A stretch of 64,000 nucleotides of DNA from Trichosphaerium sp. ATCC 40318 (lineage: Eukaryota; Protista; Tubulinea): the NCBI GenBank assembly GCA_038496445.1, contig JALMLS010000480.1, positions 205,881-269,880 on the forward strand, written 5' to 3'. Below the pieces are notes generated by a model, which saw only the letters and a program-made list of their open reading frames with translations, did no database searches and was not told the DNA's origin. The translations under genes and the position numbers were made by a program. Each line of letters starts with the position of its first letter. Position 1 is the first letter of the stretch. Shown piece after piece: positions 14,302 to 26,040 of the stretch.

Positions 14302-14527
14302 CTAATAAAGACTGTGAATGTAACTTTCTGGTGTATCTGCAATCATATAAACATATAAAACTATGGTTGTCCTCCTCAACAGGATTTATGATAGCTCCAA
14401 TTCTAGGTGGGATCATAAATAGTAGATGTAAAGAACTCTCAAAAACCACAGCTACAGATCAACAAATTTCTCAAAGGCTCTGCTCTAAAACTTGTACAAC
14501 TATACTGAAACTTTTTTAATTGACATT

Positions 14528-16083
14528 TTATGCAGGAAAGTTTTGCGGTTGGTAATCTTGTGCTGCATCTTGACGTGTCAGAACAGTATCAAAAAAATTA
14601 GGTGAATGATAGAATTCATGAGAAGGTAGAATATCTCTATTGAAAGCTTCCAAGTCACGTAAAAACCCAGTCTGTGTAACATTTCTAGCTTGGAAAATAC
14701 CTTGCCTTGAGTCCCAAACAAATATACTTCTACCAGTATGATAAAGATCAATAAGCTCTGTATGCTGTACGCTAACTGCATGGTATCTATTCTCCTTCAT
14801 ATTGATCTTAATACCTATACCTTGATACCCAACAGTGATGTAATTACGGCTTGTACTAAGCCCGTAAGGATACAGTTCAAGAGGAGCAGCAAAGAGAGTA
14901 GGTGTAACAATAGATATACCAACAAAGTTATCTATAAGAGTGTTATGAGTAACAACAGCTCTCACTGGACCGTTTAAAGATAAAGCTCCCTTTGGTAGAC
15001 TTCCATCGTCAGTATCACGTTGACCATTGATATAATTGAATCTTATGTAGATGACATTTGCGTTTGCAACATAAACACCACATGACTTAGGATAATTGAT
15101 AGTATTATGTTCAATTATGACATCCGTAGGACGAATACCTCCTGTATGATAGGCTCCATCCTCATGTGTATCATCAATAACATAAGCGTTATGGTATACA
15201 AGAATACCATAGGCACCGCTATCATTTGGTATCTCACTACTATACCCGGCACCAACAATGACATTGTTAGTTACAGTAAGATTTTTTACACCTACACAAG
15301 AAATAAATAAGAACCAATGCCTTCTTATATTGACTACGTACCACTCCAAGCGGCTAAAGCGCCCTTGATATACTGGGCTTGGAATCCGTTACCATCGATA
15401 ACTATATCTTCGATAGTTCCATTAGGAGAGGTCCGAGAACCAATCAAACCGATGCCAAATGCTGCTGAACCAATGTTGTCCGGATATTGAGCGTTCCCTG
15501 TCTTTGAATGGAACTGACATCTTGTGATACTTAATTCACGTATCTTTAGCGTATCATGAAGATTTAATAATGATATCCAGTACGGTGCCATGAAGTTCTC
15601 AAAAGAGCAAGATGTTACTTTTATATTGACCATATCTTGACTTGGTACAGGAAATCCGTACGTCGCTACATTTGCACCGTCGTTATCGATAGTAAAGGAA
15701 ATAGCGTTACCAACAGCGCCACGTCCTTTAAAACCAATACTGGTAAAGAATACGTTGCCTGCAACGTTTCTTACGTGAAAAACGCTCGCAAAGCCCTGAG
15801 CGCCCGTTCCACCGATAATAAGCTGTGATATTGCAGCTCCGTCGCCATAAATATGTACTGGGCCGCGTATTACGAGACCTAGAGCGTTGTTTGCGTCGAA
15901 GTAGTATTGACCAGCAGGAATGCGAAGATTGTTGTTTTGCGCTATAGCATCGTCTATTGCAGCTTGAAACGAGGCTGTATTGTCAGTAGAACCATCACCT
16001 AACGCTCCATAATCTAACACGGAAAGTTGTGCTGAAATAGATACGCAGGTAATGCACAACAATATAATTAGTTGTGTTTGCAT
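14528..16083 (-). CDS. Secreted right-handed beta-helix protein (pectin-lyase fold, GH28/GH55-like N-terminus)
   Basis: Signal peptide, SVLDYGALGDGSTDNTASFQAAID...LRIPAGQY motif and Asn-rich parallel beta-helix repeats; one intron at 15292-15341 joins the two ORFs in frame (AAWSG|VKNL). Confidence 0.85.
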
Positions 16084-16421
16084 CACTAGAAGTGTTGTTT
16101 GCTTTTAGATTGAGCTATTTGAAATTGCTGGACTTGACAACTCTTACAGTAGTCTTTACGCAACTGTTAGGTGTAGTACTAGTCCGCTAACAATGCAATG
16201 TGAACGGCTTACAAAAAAGGAAACAATGGGCTTTTTCGGAAGAGAAATCCTGAAAAACAAACTTGTGTTAGATTTAGTGGTTGGTTTCCTACTATTGTAT
16301 GAACTTATCTCTGAGCACACTCAATAAAAGTCACCTGTTTCTGGTAGTTACGTATACACACCTCATAATCCTTACAGGAAATCTATTGTACAATTACACT
16401 ACTTTGTTTTCTGATAATCCT

Positions 16422-16492
16422 GTCTTCATACATCAAGCTTGGTGTTCTTCGAGAAAAAAGTTTACCACGCAAACCTTCATTTGTATACGACT
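16422..16492 (-). promoter_or_regulatory. SECIS element (type II) in the 3' UTR of the selenoprotein gene
   Basis: Minus strand gtcgtatacaa-ATGAA-ggtttgcgtggt-AAA-cttttttctcgaag-aacaccaagct-TGAT-gtatgaagac: helix I, UGAA/UGAU core with tandem G.A pairs, 12-nt helix II, unpaired AAA and an apical mini-stem. Confidence 0.85.
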
Positions 16493-16547
16493 ACTGAACT
16501 ATCAAAGAAGTATCATGGGCTTTGCAAAGCTTATAAACCCATGTTCC

Positions 16548-17228
16548 TTATGGTCAGCCCCCTCCACAACCTCCCATAAATCCAACATTTCCTAAAAAAC
16601 ACGTGAGCCAAAAAAAACAATTAATTAAGTTGAAACTGACCTAAGTCTCTTCTTCTTCTTGATGGTCCTGTTCTTGGAGTATATGTACGTCGTTGAGGTT
16701 CTTGTTTATCCCCAGAAGGCGTAGCGGTAGGGTTTATAAACGAATTGAAGCTTTGAGAGCGTAAATAGGCAGAAGTATCATGATAACACGTACAATAGCT
16801 GGAGGTGTTCGTAAAACGCCAAAATGATAGCGTATAAGTACGTCAACAATAAGTTAACGCTTTCTTTACTATTCCCATATTGTGTAGGTCCAGAGGTACC
16901 AATAGCTTTTACTTTACACTTTGAGCAACATAGAATGTTGTAAATCTCGTTTGGTGGAAGTATTTTGCCTTTATGTACTAGAACCATTATGTTAGTGTAC
17001 TACAAACGTTTATAACGCGAATAAAGGCGTTTTTGGTAATTTGTACTTGCGTAGCTTCAAGCGCCTAGTTGATACTCCAGTCGCTTTACAAATGCGCTTG
17101 TAAAGGTTCCAGGATGCTTCTTTTGGGTTGTATAATACCTACATTTACAATCAATACTAGAACGCTTTTTACAGTTATCATACATGATAGTTAGTACCCG
17201 AGTAACGAATGGTAATCTTTTCAGTCAT
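16548..17228 (-). CDS. Ubiquitin-like-domain, SelK/SelS-like selenoprotein (156 aa, Sec penultimate)
   Basis: Exons 17228-17184, 17138-17051, 16977-16794, 16750-16641 and 16591-16548 splice in frame (intron 2 is GC-AG); in-frame TGA at 16554-16556, then CCA TAA; SECIS core about 74 nt downstream. Confidence 0.85.
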
Positions 17229-17639
17229 AATACTGGTAGTGACTCAGCATGCCTGTAAAACACTTAACGATTCTTAAGCGGCAGAGATTTTCGACCTGGC
17301 ACGTGGTGAAAACAATGCAATGTGAGCTAAAAGTTTCCAGTAGCCACTGTACAAAGTTACGCAATGTATTTATGGAGTACTTTTTATCTCAAAGAAAACA
17401 CGCGAAAACTAATCTTATGAACAATTTTTGCTTTGCTTCATCAAGTATTTGAAATAGAGGGAGGGCTTAACAAGTTGTTTCAATAAACAATCACGTGGAA
17501 TTTGTACCAGTAAATGTAAATGTAAAAGATTGTTTCGTTGCTTTTTGACATTAGCACTGGAACATTTGCTACGCCTCCCTCATTCTTTCAAGACATTCCA
17601 TGGAGTCCTTATTTCCTTGAGATAATGATTGTTTTATTT

Positions 17640-19165
17640 CTATTGGGACAATAATTGAATCCTAAGAGCGTTCATCTCTGGTGTGATCTTAAAATAGACA
17701 TCAATCACGTGTTAATATTTTTGAAACGTCAAGTAATTATATTGTGGGGTACGTACTTTGATACATGTTGATGTTGATACACCAGGGTAAAATACGTTTA
17801 TAGGCAAAGTTATGGTGTCAGGTACTATGTTGTATAGTTCTCGAATGCCTAAATATTAAATGATTATTGTTATCCTCTTTGTATTTGTTGAAATACCTGT
17901 TGTCTTATCAACAAGAAAAGTCGCCCTTGAAAACAAATCTGTTGTTAGAAGTTTACTCTCAGAGAACATCGTTAAAAAAATTATTGAGCTTTCATAGTCA
18001 GTTCCAAGAGGTTCAAGTGCTTTTACATCAATTATGCAAGGATCTGTACTGAGAACAGATGTGTCAAATTTCACTAAGCGGGAAATCGCATCCATAGATA
18101 CAGACAAGTATGAAGTATCACCATCAATCTCCACTAAAAAAAACAATGCGAGTGAGACAATTGTCCGTTTCAGTCAAGTTAGTCAACCCGTTATTTCGCC
18201 AGTTATTTTTGGCTCTTCCAGCACTGTATTTGTATTGTAGTATGCATTGGAGCACTTATGACGAAAAAAATAAATGGCGAAATAAAGGGTTGACTAACTT
18301 TACTGAAACGGCAGTTAAAATGGCTAACGTACTTGCATAGACCCGTGCCATACTAACTATTACAGTACAAGAGGTGATTGGCTGTATACAATCATTTGGA
18401 TTTGAGATATCAATATGATAGCGGTTAATGAAGAACCCACGGGCAAACGTGATTCCATAGAAATCTGTTTCATCAATAAATTGCCCATCAAAAAATTCAG
18501 CTGCTAAAGAACCCCTACATATCTCGTTATTTTCTAAGTCTTTGTAAATAAATTGTGTATTTGGTCCAGTTGAGGATGAACAAGTAAGAAGAACTCTTTC
18601 GCCATCTAATGAAGGTACTAAATTACAAATCAGTCAAGTTTCATTTTCCCACAGATATTCACTTGTTTCCAGACGCACATAAAAATGGAATTTCAAACTC
18701 TTCAGTTGTAGGCATGAATTGAGCGGTAATACCAAATGATTCCAGACCTAAATCAAATTAGTAAAAAGAACCTTTGAGCTACTACAGTATCGACAATGCC
18801 TTTCCGGCATTGAAGTATTTTCACGTGCTCACAATTTACAATTGTGGAAAGCCAAAACGCTAGGCGACATTCGGCAAAACAGGCACCTTACACCTGACAC
18901 GCCATATCGAAATACAACACGCCGAGATGAGCGAAAAGTAGTGTAATACATCCACTCAAAATTGTTTTAAGCTAAAATACAACAGCGATAACATTTGCTG
19001 CGCTGTACCATTTAATTCCAAGTCTGTTTTGTATACTTCGACTGTAGCAGTGTCAGAATCTGTTTCTACAGGATGAATAAAGCCAGGAAGATAGTTCTGG
19101 CATGTAGAAAGCGTGAAAAAGATAGATATCACAACGAATAGTGTAGCGTTGGACATGTGGTTCAT
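17640..19165 (-). CDS. Secreted protein of unknown function, paralog A
   Basis: Signal peptide MSNATLFVVISIFFTLSTC; exon structure mirrors 19729-21095. Confidence 0.7.
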
Positions 19166-19728
19166 ATTGCGACAACTTCTTGAAAAAAAAACTGCCAAAC
19201 AACTTCAAATTGATTTGACCGCTTTTATTGATAATTACACCAACTAATCAAGTAACCATAACACTCTGAGTCTATTTTTTAGCATTACAGAGATAATTGA
19301 CAGTTCTGATACACATAGAACATCAATGTGAACCCACATGTCAACTTCTCAATGACAGCCTAGGTTTTTTTTGAAGAAAAATATGGAGTAAATAAGACAA
19401 TCTGTATATTGTCTCAAAGCCTCCGTATCATGTGCTTATGTGAGATCGATATTGTAAAAAGCATCATTGTGGAAACTAGCTATTTTTTCTTCAAAAAACA
19501 ACTCGCCAGTTATTGAGAAGTGACATGTACGTTCACATTGAGGTTCTATGTGCACAAGAACTGTCAATTATCTCTGTTATGCTAAAAAATTGGAAACACA
19601 ACGCCACAGTAATCTGATTAGGTGTAATCACTAAAATAGATATCACAAAACGGTAGTCAGCAACCTTTCACCAAAATGTTTTTCAAAGTTGTTGTGTGTT
19701 TTTTTTCTATTCAAGTACTTGCCGCAAT

Positions 19729-21095
19729 ATGAACCACATGTCCAATAAAACACTTTTGGTTGTGATGTCGATCTTTTTTACGCTTTCCACATGCCAGAAC
19801 TATCTTCCTGGCTACGTTCTTATTGTAGAAACAGATTCTGACACTGCTACAGTCGAAGTATACAAAACAGACTTGGAATTAAATGGTACAGCAGCAAATG
19901 TTATCGCTGTCGTATTTTAGCTTAAAACAATTTTGAGTGGATGTAATACACTACTTTTCGCTCATCTTGGCGTGTTGTATTCCGAAATCACGTTTTCCTG
20001 AGCCTGTTTTTTGCAATTGTACAAAAATTGGTGAAAGCTGTTTTTGTGAGCAAGTAATACTTCAATGCTTTGATTGTCGTTGTTGATACTGTAGCAGCTC
20101 AAAGGTCTTTTTACTAATTTTCTTTAGGTCTGGAACAACTAGGTATTACCGCTCAATTCATGCCTACAACTGCACAGTTTGAATTTCCTTATTTATGTGC
20201 GTCTGGAAACAAGTGAATATCTGTGGGAAAATGAAACTTGACTGATTTGTAATTTAGTACCTTCATTAGATGGCGAGAACATTCTCCTTTCTTATGCATC
20301 TGCAGAGCCTGAAGCAAATACACAATTTATTTACAAAGACTTAGAAAACAACGAGATATGTAGGGGTTCTGTAGATGTTCAAATTATTGATGCGCAATTT
20401 ATTGATGAAACAGCTTTTTATGTATTCACGTTTGACCGCGGTTACTTCATTAACCGCTATCATGTTGATATCTCAAATCCAAATGATTGTATATCTGAAC
20501 CAATCACAACTTGTTCACTGAGGATTAGTTTGGCCCGTTCTAGTACATTACCTTTTAAAATGTAGTGTTTCTAAGTTAGTTTTTTTTTTACTTCAGTTCT
20601 GATTGATGGTGATACAACGTACTTGTCTGCAATTTTTGAAACTCCTACAATGCAGACTGGGTAGATATTGAAATTTGATACATCTATTCTCAGTACAGAT
20701 CCTTGTGTGATTGATTTCAACATGTTTGAACCTGTTGGCCCTGAATATGAAAGCTTAGCCATATCTTTAACAACATTCTCTGATACTAAACTGATGGCTA
20801 CAGATATTCAGAGAAGAACGACTTTTCTTGTAGATAAGACAACAGGTATTTCAAACAAATACAAAAGAGGATAACAATAATCATTTAATATTTAGGCATT
20901 CAAGAACCATACAACATGGTACCTGACAGCATACCTCTGGCTTTAAATGTATTTTATCCTGGTGTATCAACATGTATCAAAGTACGTACCCCAATATAAT
21001 TACTTGACGTTTCAAAAAATTAACACGTGATTGATGTCTATTTTAAGATCACACCAGAGATGAACGCTCTTAGGATTCAATTATTGTCCCAATAG
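19729..21095 (+). CDS. Secreted protein of unknown function, paralog B
   Basis: Signal peptide MSNKTLLVVMSIFFTLSTC; the GT-AG exons traced splice in frame, ending at TAG 21093-21095. Confidence 0.7.
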
Positions 21096-22213
21096 AAATA
21101 AAACAATCATTATCTCAATAGAAATAAAGCAAGTATTTTGATATCATGTGTCAGTGCACAGCGCAGTATTGTTCTGTGGCGGGTTTAATGTCTGATAAAG
21201 CTTAACATATCGGCTTAGCCAATGGAACAACCAAAGTCAGCCAAATAGCTCCCATGACTTTTTTTCATTGCAAGCCATTTGATAACAGTTAGTGTATTCA
21301 AAATCACGTTGTACCATGCCTTGTGCTAATGTCGCTAACTTTACCCTGAGCCAGTTACATATTATAAAAATACTCAGTGCTCCTATTGTCCGTTGCAAGC
21401 AAGTTTGCAGAGAAAAACAACAAACATCATTTCCTTTTGATGAAAAAGGTTGTTTGTTTGGTTGTAGTGGGAGATAGGTTGAGGAGTTTGAATTGTACAA
21501 ACCATTGAAGGTAACTTACATTCGGACGTTTGAGAAACTAAAAGAATGAAAGAGATATTGCTCAACTCTGACTTAAGTTCTACAATCACTTATTGAACGC
21601 TATAGTGCTCCGTTCAAATATGGGTTGCTGTACATCACCTGAATAAATGATTTCAAGGTCATCAAACGTCACATTGGACGGAAGTGTATTATCTACACCT
21701 TTAATGCGGTTGGTGCTTTTGAGTATGAGAAAACACCAGCTGATTCGATGTAAAAGATGACGTTTGTTGTATTGTCATCAAAAGATACTAGCGAACAGTT
21801 AAACAACAGTTTATGGAAATAAAAATGTTGCAAAAAAAACATACATTAAACCCTTGAATTGTGACCGCTGGACGTGCATCTCCATAAACAATTAATATAC
21901 CTATATCAACAGATGCACCTAATGCAATAATAAGATGCTTGAGGTATTGCAGCTGGGAGAAAAGGTGTCTACTGGCTCAACAATAAAAGGATTATCAGAT
22001 CTCTTTGACGACTAGATTATCATATATGATACATTCTTTCTCTTATGTGGACTGAATTTCTAATCACAAAGCTGGCATGGCTCATCCCTTCACTTCGAAA
22101 ATTTCGACTGTTGTGAGTACGTAGTACTTAAATTTTGCAAGAACGGCTTTTGGTGAATATTTGTTGACGTTCCAACAAAGCTATCAAATCAGTCTAATGA
22201 GTGAATTGAGCAT

Positions 22214-24460
22214 TTATTGTATGTACAATGGGAATATTGAAATGAAAGGGTTCTTGAATCCAACAACATCAGAGCGTAGTATGGTATCACTTTCTGCAGC
22301 AACCATCATTCTTGACTCTGGTTCTTGATCATCTGACTTGTCATCATCCTCACTATTGGCCAATTCATTGTCGTCATTGCCCAACTTATCTTCGCCATCA
22401 TGATGCTCATGCTTTTTATTTATTGAAGGCCCTGTAGCAGCTGGCTTTTTCGATTGTTCTTCAAGAAGACTTGAGTATTGGCTAATGGTTTTTAATAAGA
22501 AACCTGCGAAACACGTGGTTGCTACAAGAAGCTGTTTCAAAAAGATATTTTTTCAAAAAAAATGAGAAAAAAAAAGTACCTTGCTGCTAATGATACAACA
22601 CTGAATCCACTGTCGCTGCTGTTACCTGAGTCTTCTTCTGGTTCAAATTCATACTCTCTATGGATGTTCATTTTTTTAATCTGTCTATCACGTGGATGTC
22701 CACATACTTGAACTGGAAACGCAACATTGACACGCTTAACTATCAAAGATTAAGTAAACCTCAATGTTTGTAGCAATCATCGATGACGTACATGTGCTGA
22801 ACTTTCCTTTTACTTTGACTTGATATGTACGTAAAACAGCAGATGTATTATGAAGTGATGGCCAGTATCGATTATTTGGAATCTTGAAGTTCATTGTATA
22901 CTGTTTCTTAAAAGTATCTCCTGGTTCTATTTTAATATCTTCTTTGATATTGAACATTGTACACCTTAACACGTTTAAGTGAAACAAACGTATTGAACGT
23001 TTTTAGTGTACCTATTTGCTGTAGCAGACCCCATAGCTCTAAGCGTTCTCCTCATCTTGAGTTTGATATTGGTTATTTTAAGTGGCTTTGCAGTGACGTT
23101 TTCAATAGTCTGGATAAAACAAACAAAGTAAGTTTTGTTGAATACTTCACATAGTCTATTAAGACTTTTTTGGAAATAAACAGCTACTTACCATTGAAAA
23201 CTCAAGTACTCTTGGGTCGTCAATGTAGATCACTGGATTTTTATACTGAACAGTAAATTTGACACCAGTTTTAGGATGAGCGAATATTAACTTGTCTGGA
23301 AAGTCAGCTTCATCCATTTGTTCTGCCACATCAATAAATGCCGCTACAGCTCTGATTAATATTTACACAAGTAACAGAGGAACAGTAAAATAAGAAAGAC
23401 AGTCGTACCACAACAAAGTTCAGGATGAGTTGGTGCTCTTTTCATGTGCTTCAGCTTTTGGTATTTACCATGGTATGCTCTAACTTGATAAATAATCTTA
23501 CCGATATCGCCACTTTTTGTCATGTAAGATGAAGGGAGACCATGAGGTATTGGTAAACAAAAAGGGTATGAATGGTGACCAGGCGGGATACCCTTTAAAA
23601 ATAACTTAATCAAAGAAAGAAGAAAATATTATGCAGGGTTTACAAACAAACTGACAGACGTACATCTTCAAAAGTGCCTTCCAACTTGTACTGCTTATTT
23701 ATAATTGGTTTTGTTGCAGTGTATGTTGTACTGCTTTTTCCATGGCTCCTTGTCCATGTACAATACTCCTATAATCATACATAAGTTTAAAGGATATCTT
23801 GATCTCAAGGATGAACTTACATAGCCATGGAGTACGATGCAAATACCATCTTCTGGTTTAACATGAAATGGTGTTGAGAAATGAACAACACCAGAAACGG
23901 TTCCTCCTGTGTGATACGTCTTAAGAGGGACACTCATTGACATTTCAGGTAGACGTCTATCATGTGTGAGCAATAAAGCAAAACAAAAAAAAAAGAGATG
24001 AAGTGCAAGCATTGCCGGTCACGTCTTTTTGTTTCGTACCTTTTAGCATTTTTAATGACTTTGGGTATCATAGATTCGGTACTCATTGTCATTCTGAAAT
24101 GGATTTTCATGTCAGGGAATCCTTGAGCACCAAAATCGATCCAAATATCTCTGTACAACAATTAGTCAGTAAAAAGTAATCACTGAACACAACTTACTGT
24201 TCATCTCCTGGTTGGAATTTCATAAAGTCAGGGAACAATTGAGCTACAACCTAGTGAATGTCATAAGTTGATGCGTTTGTATGGCTATCAAAGAACAGTT
24301 TTCAGCAACAAGTTGCGTTATCTCGGTCACGCGCTTCGAGCGCAAATATGATATAATGTGCGTAAACTTTGTTACGCACGAGATAATGTCAACACGAGCA
24401 AAATTATAACTCCCACGTGTTTTTTTGGCGTAAAGTGACACTTACCTCTTTCGAAGACAT
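22214..24460 (-). CDS. Arrestin-fold (alpha-arrestin-like) protein, copy 1; 5' end may extend further
   Basis: KTYHTGGTVSGVVHF and GIPPGHHSYPFCLPIPHGLPSSY..GKIIYQVRAY (arrestin N); PSLHNTSAVLRTYQVKV (arrestin C); acidic tail. Confidence 0.75.
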
Positions 24461-25222
24461 GAACTTTTTTGTCTTAACTTTAATTTCTAGTGGCGATAAA
24501 ACGTCTTGATTTATCAATAAGATGAGTCGTTGATAGTAAGGTCTCTTTGTAAGGTTTATTGCTAATAAAAACTTGTAAATACCTTTCTTTCGCGTTGAAT
24601 AGAGTATAAAAAGCGATTATGAAGGTTTTATTGCTGTTCGGAGTGCATCGCCAGAAAATAGTTTTAAAACGTACCAGATGTCTTCGCATTCTCTTTGTTA
24701 TGACTAATACTCACCAACACGTTGTTCTCTACAGGAAATCCTATTGCTTCGCAAACTTCAATCCGTACGACGCGCACGGTTTGTAGTTGTTTACTTAAAC
24801 GATATTCAGCAGAGTAGGGAAGCATCATAGGAGGTTCCATGGTTGTAAGAATACTTTCAATAAACCCTTGTTTAAGCCTGGGTGTGCACTACCCGAAGCC
24901 AGTTCCCTGAACCTGTCCCAAGATTATGCGCTATTGGGTCAAAGTCTACAACTCTGTTCGTCAATTCTCAAACCGTTCTGTCCTATGTTTATCCTGTTCT
25001 GGACACCCTTCCCAACATTATTGTTCATTGAACAAAGCACGCACTGTACAACCCAAACACGTGTTCAATTTTGACTTACTGACCTGCTCTGGTAAAAGTT
25101 TTCGTTCTTGTTTTCTCGCTTGCAATAACAAACGCCTGTAATAATACAAAAAAAAAAGTAAACGCTTTTCTTTTAAAACACGTGGTCATCAAACATTCTC
25201 TTTGTCAGAAAATTAGCCTCTA

Positions 25223-25813
25223 ATGGCATCAAAGCGCAAGGCACCAATTATTAAGATATTCCATTGCCATAATTACAACTAACACCACAAATAGCGAGGC
25301 ACTGCAAAATCGGCTGCTTCTGGCTTGTTGAACCTTCCAGTAGAGTTACACCTCTATATTATCGATTTAAGCTATGAGGTGTATTTGCGGTGGCCTCTAC
25401 TATCAAAATACGCAGCGACAACAACAAGGTTTGATGATTGTCTGAATAAACACGGAAAATGGCTGAAACAAAAGAAGAACTCTTCATATTCACAACTTAT
25501 AAAACAACAATATTGGATGCATGGTAAACGACATGGAGAGTATAAGAGTTGGCACACGAATGATCAGTTATCAAAGCAATGTTGTTACATCAACGGTTTG
25601 AAAGAAGGAGAATACAAAACGTGGTACTGTACTGGTAATGTGTTGCAAGAGTTTCATTTTGTCCATGATAATCTAAACGGAGACTACAAAGTGTGGCACG
25701 CCAATGGTCAATTGTATGTCCATTGCAATTATATCAACGGCATACTCAATGGACAGTACAAACAATGGAATTGTAACGGTGAAGTAAACACTGATTGTAC
25801 ATATGAATGGTGA
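25223..25813 (+). CDS. F-box-like + MORN-variant repeat protein
   Basis: MASKRK, GC-AG intron 25241-25294, then LLNLPVELHLYII; repeats of G.Y..W..NG.L. Confidence 0.75.
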
Positions 25814-26040
25814 CAGAGCGTTGGCAACAAACATTATCTTTCTTTAGTCCAAACTTAGTTTATCAACTATTAAATAGTTATTGAATGACAGTAAACTGTT
25901 TACCATTCCTTCTATCACTAAGAAAAACAACTAAATGCAAAGTTCAAGTAGCTCATGGATTTGGAACTAGTACACTTGATAACCATAATCTTATGGCTAC
26001 CAAAGACTAGGGTGCTTTCTTATTCAGTCATTTTGTATAT

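Larger units (their letters stand above)
17617..21118. repeat. Large inverted duplication, arms ~17617-19385 and ~19480-21118
   Basis: The reverse complement of ~21024-21118 matches 17617-17711; inner non-coding arms 19275-19385 and 19480-19590 also pair; carries two head-to-head paralogs. Confidence 0.95.

Noticed and set aside
16548-16591. MLDLWEVVEG resembling copia gag
   Set aside because: It is an alternative frame of the selenoprotein's last exon; no LTR or pol sequence is present.
21130-22000. Possible exons of a membrane protein on the minus strand
   Set aside because: I could not build a consistent spliced frame.
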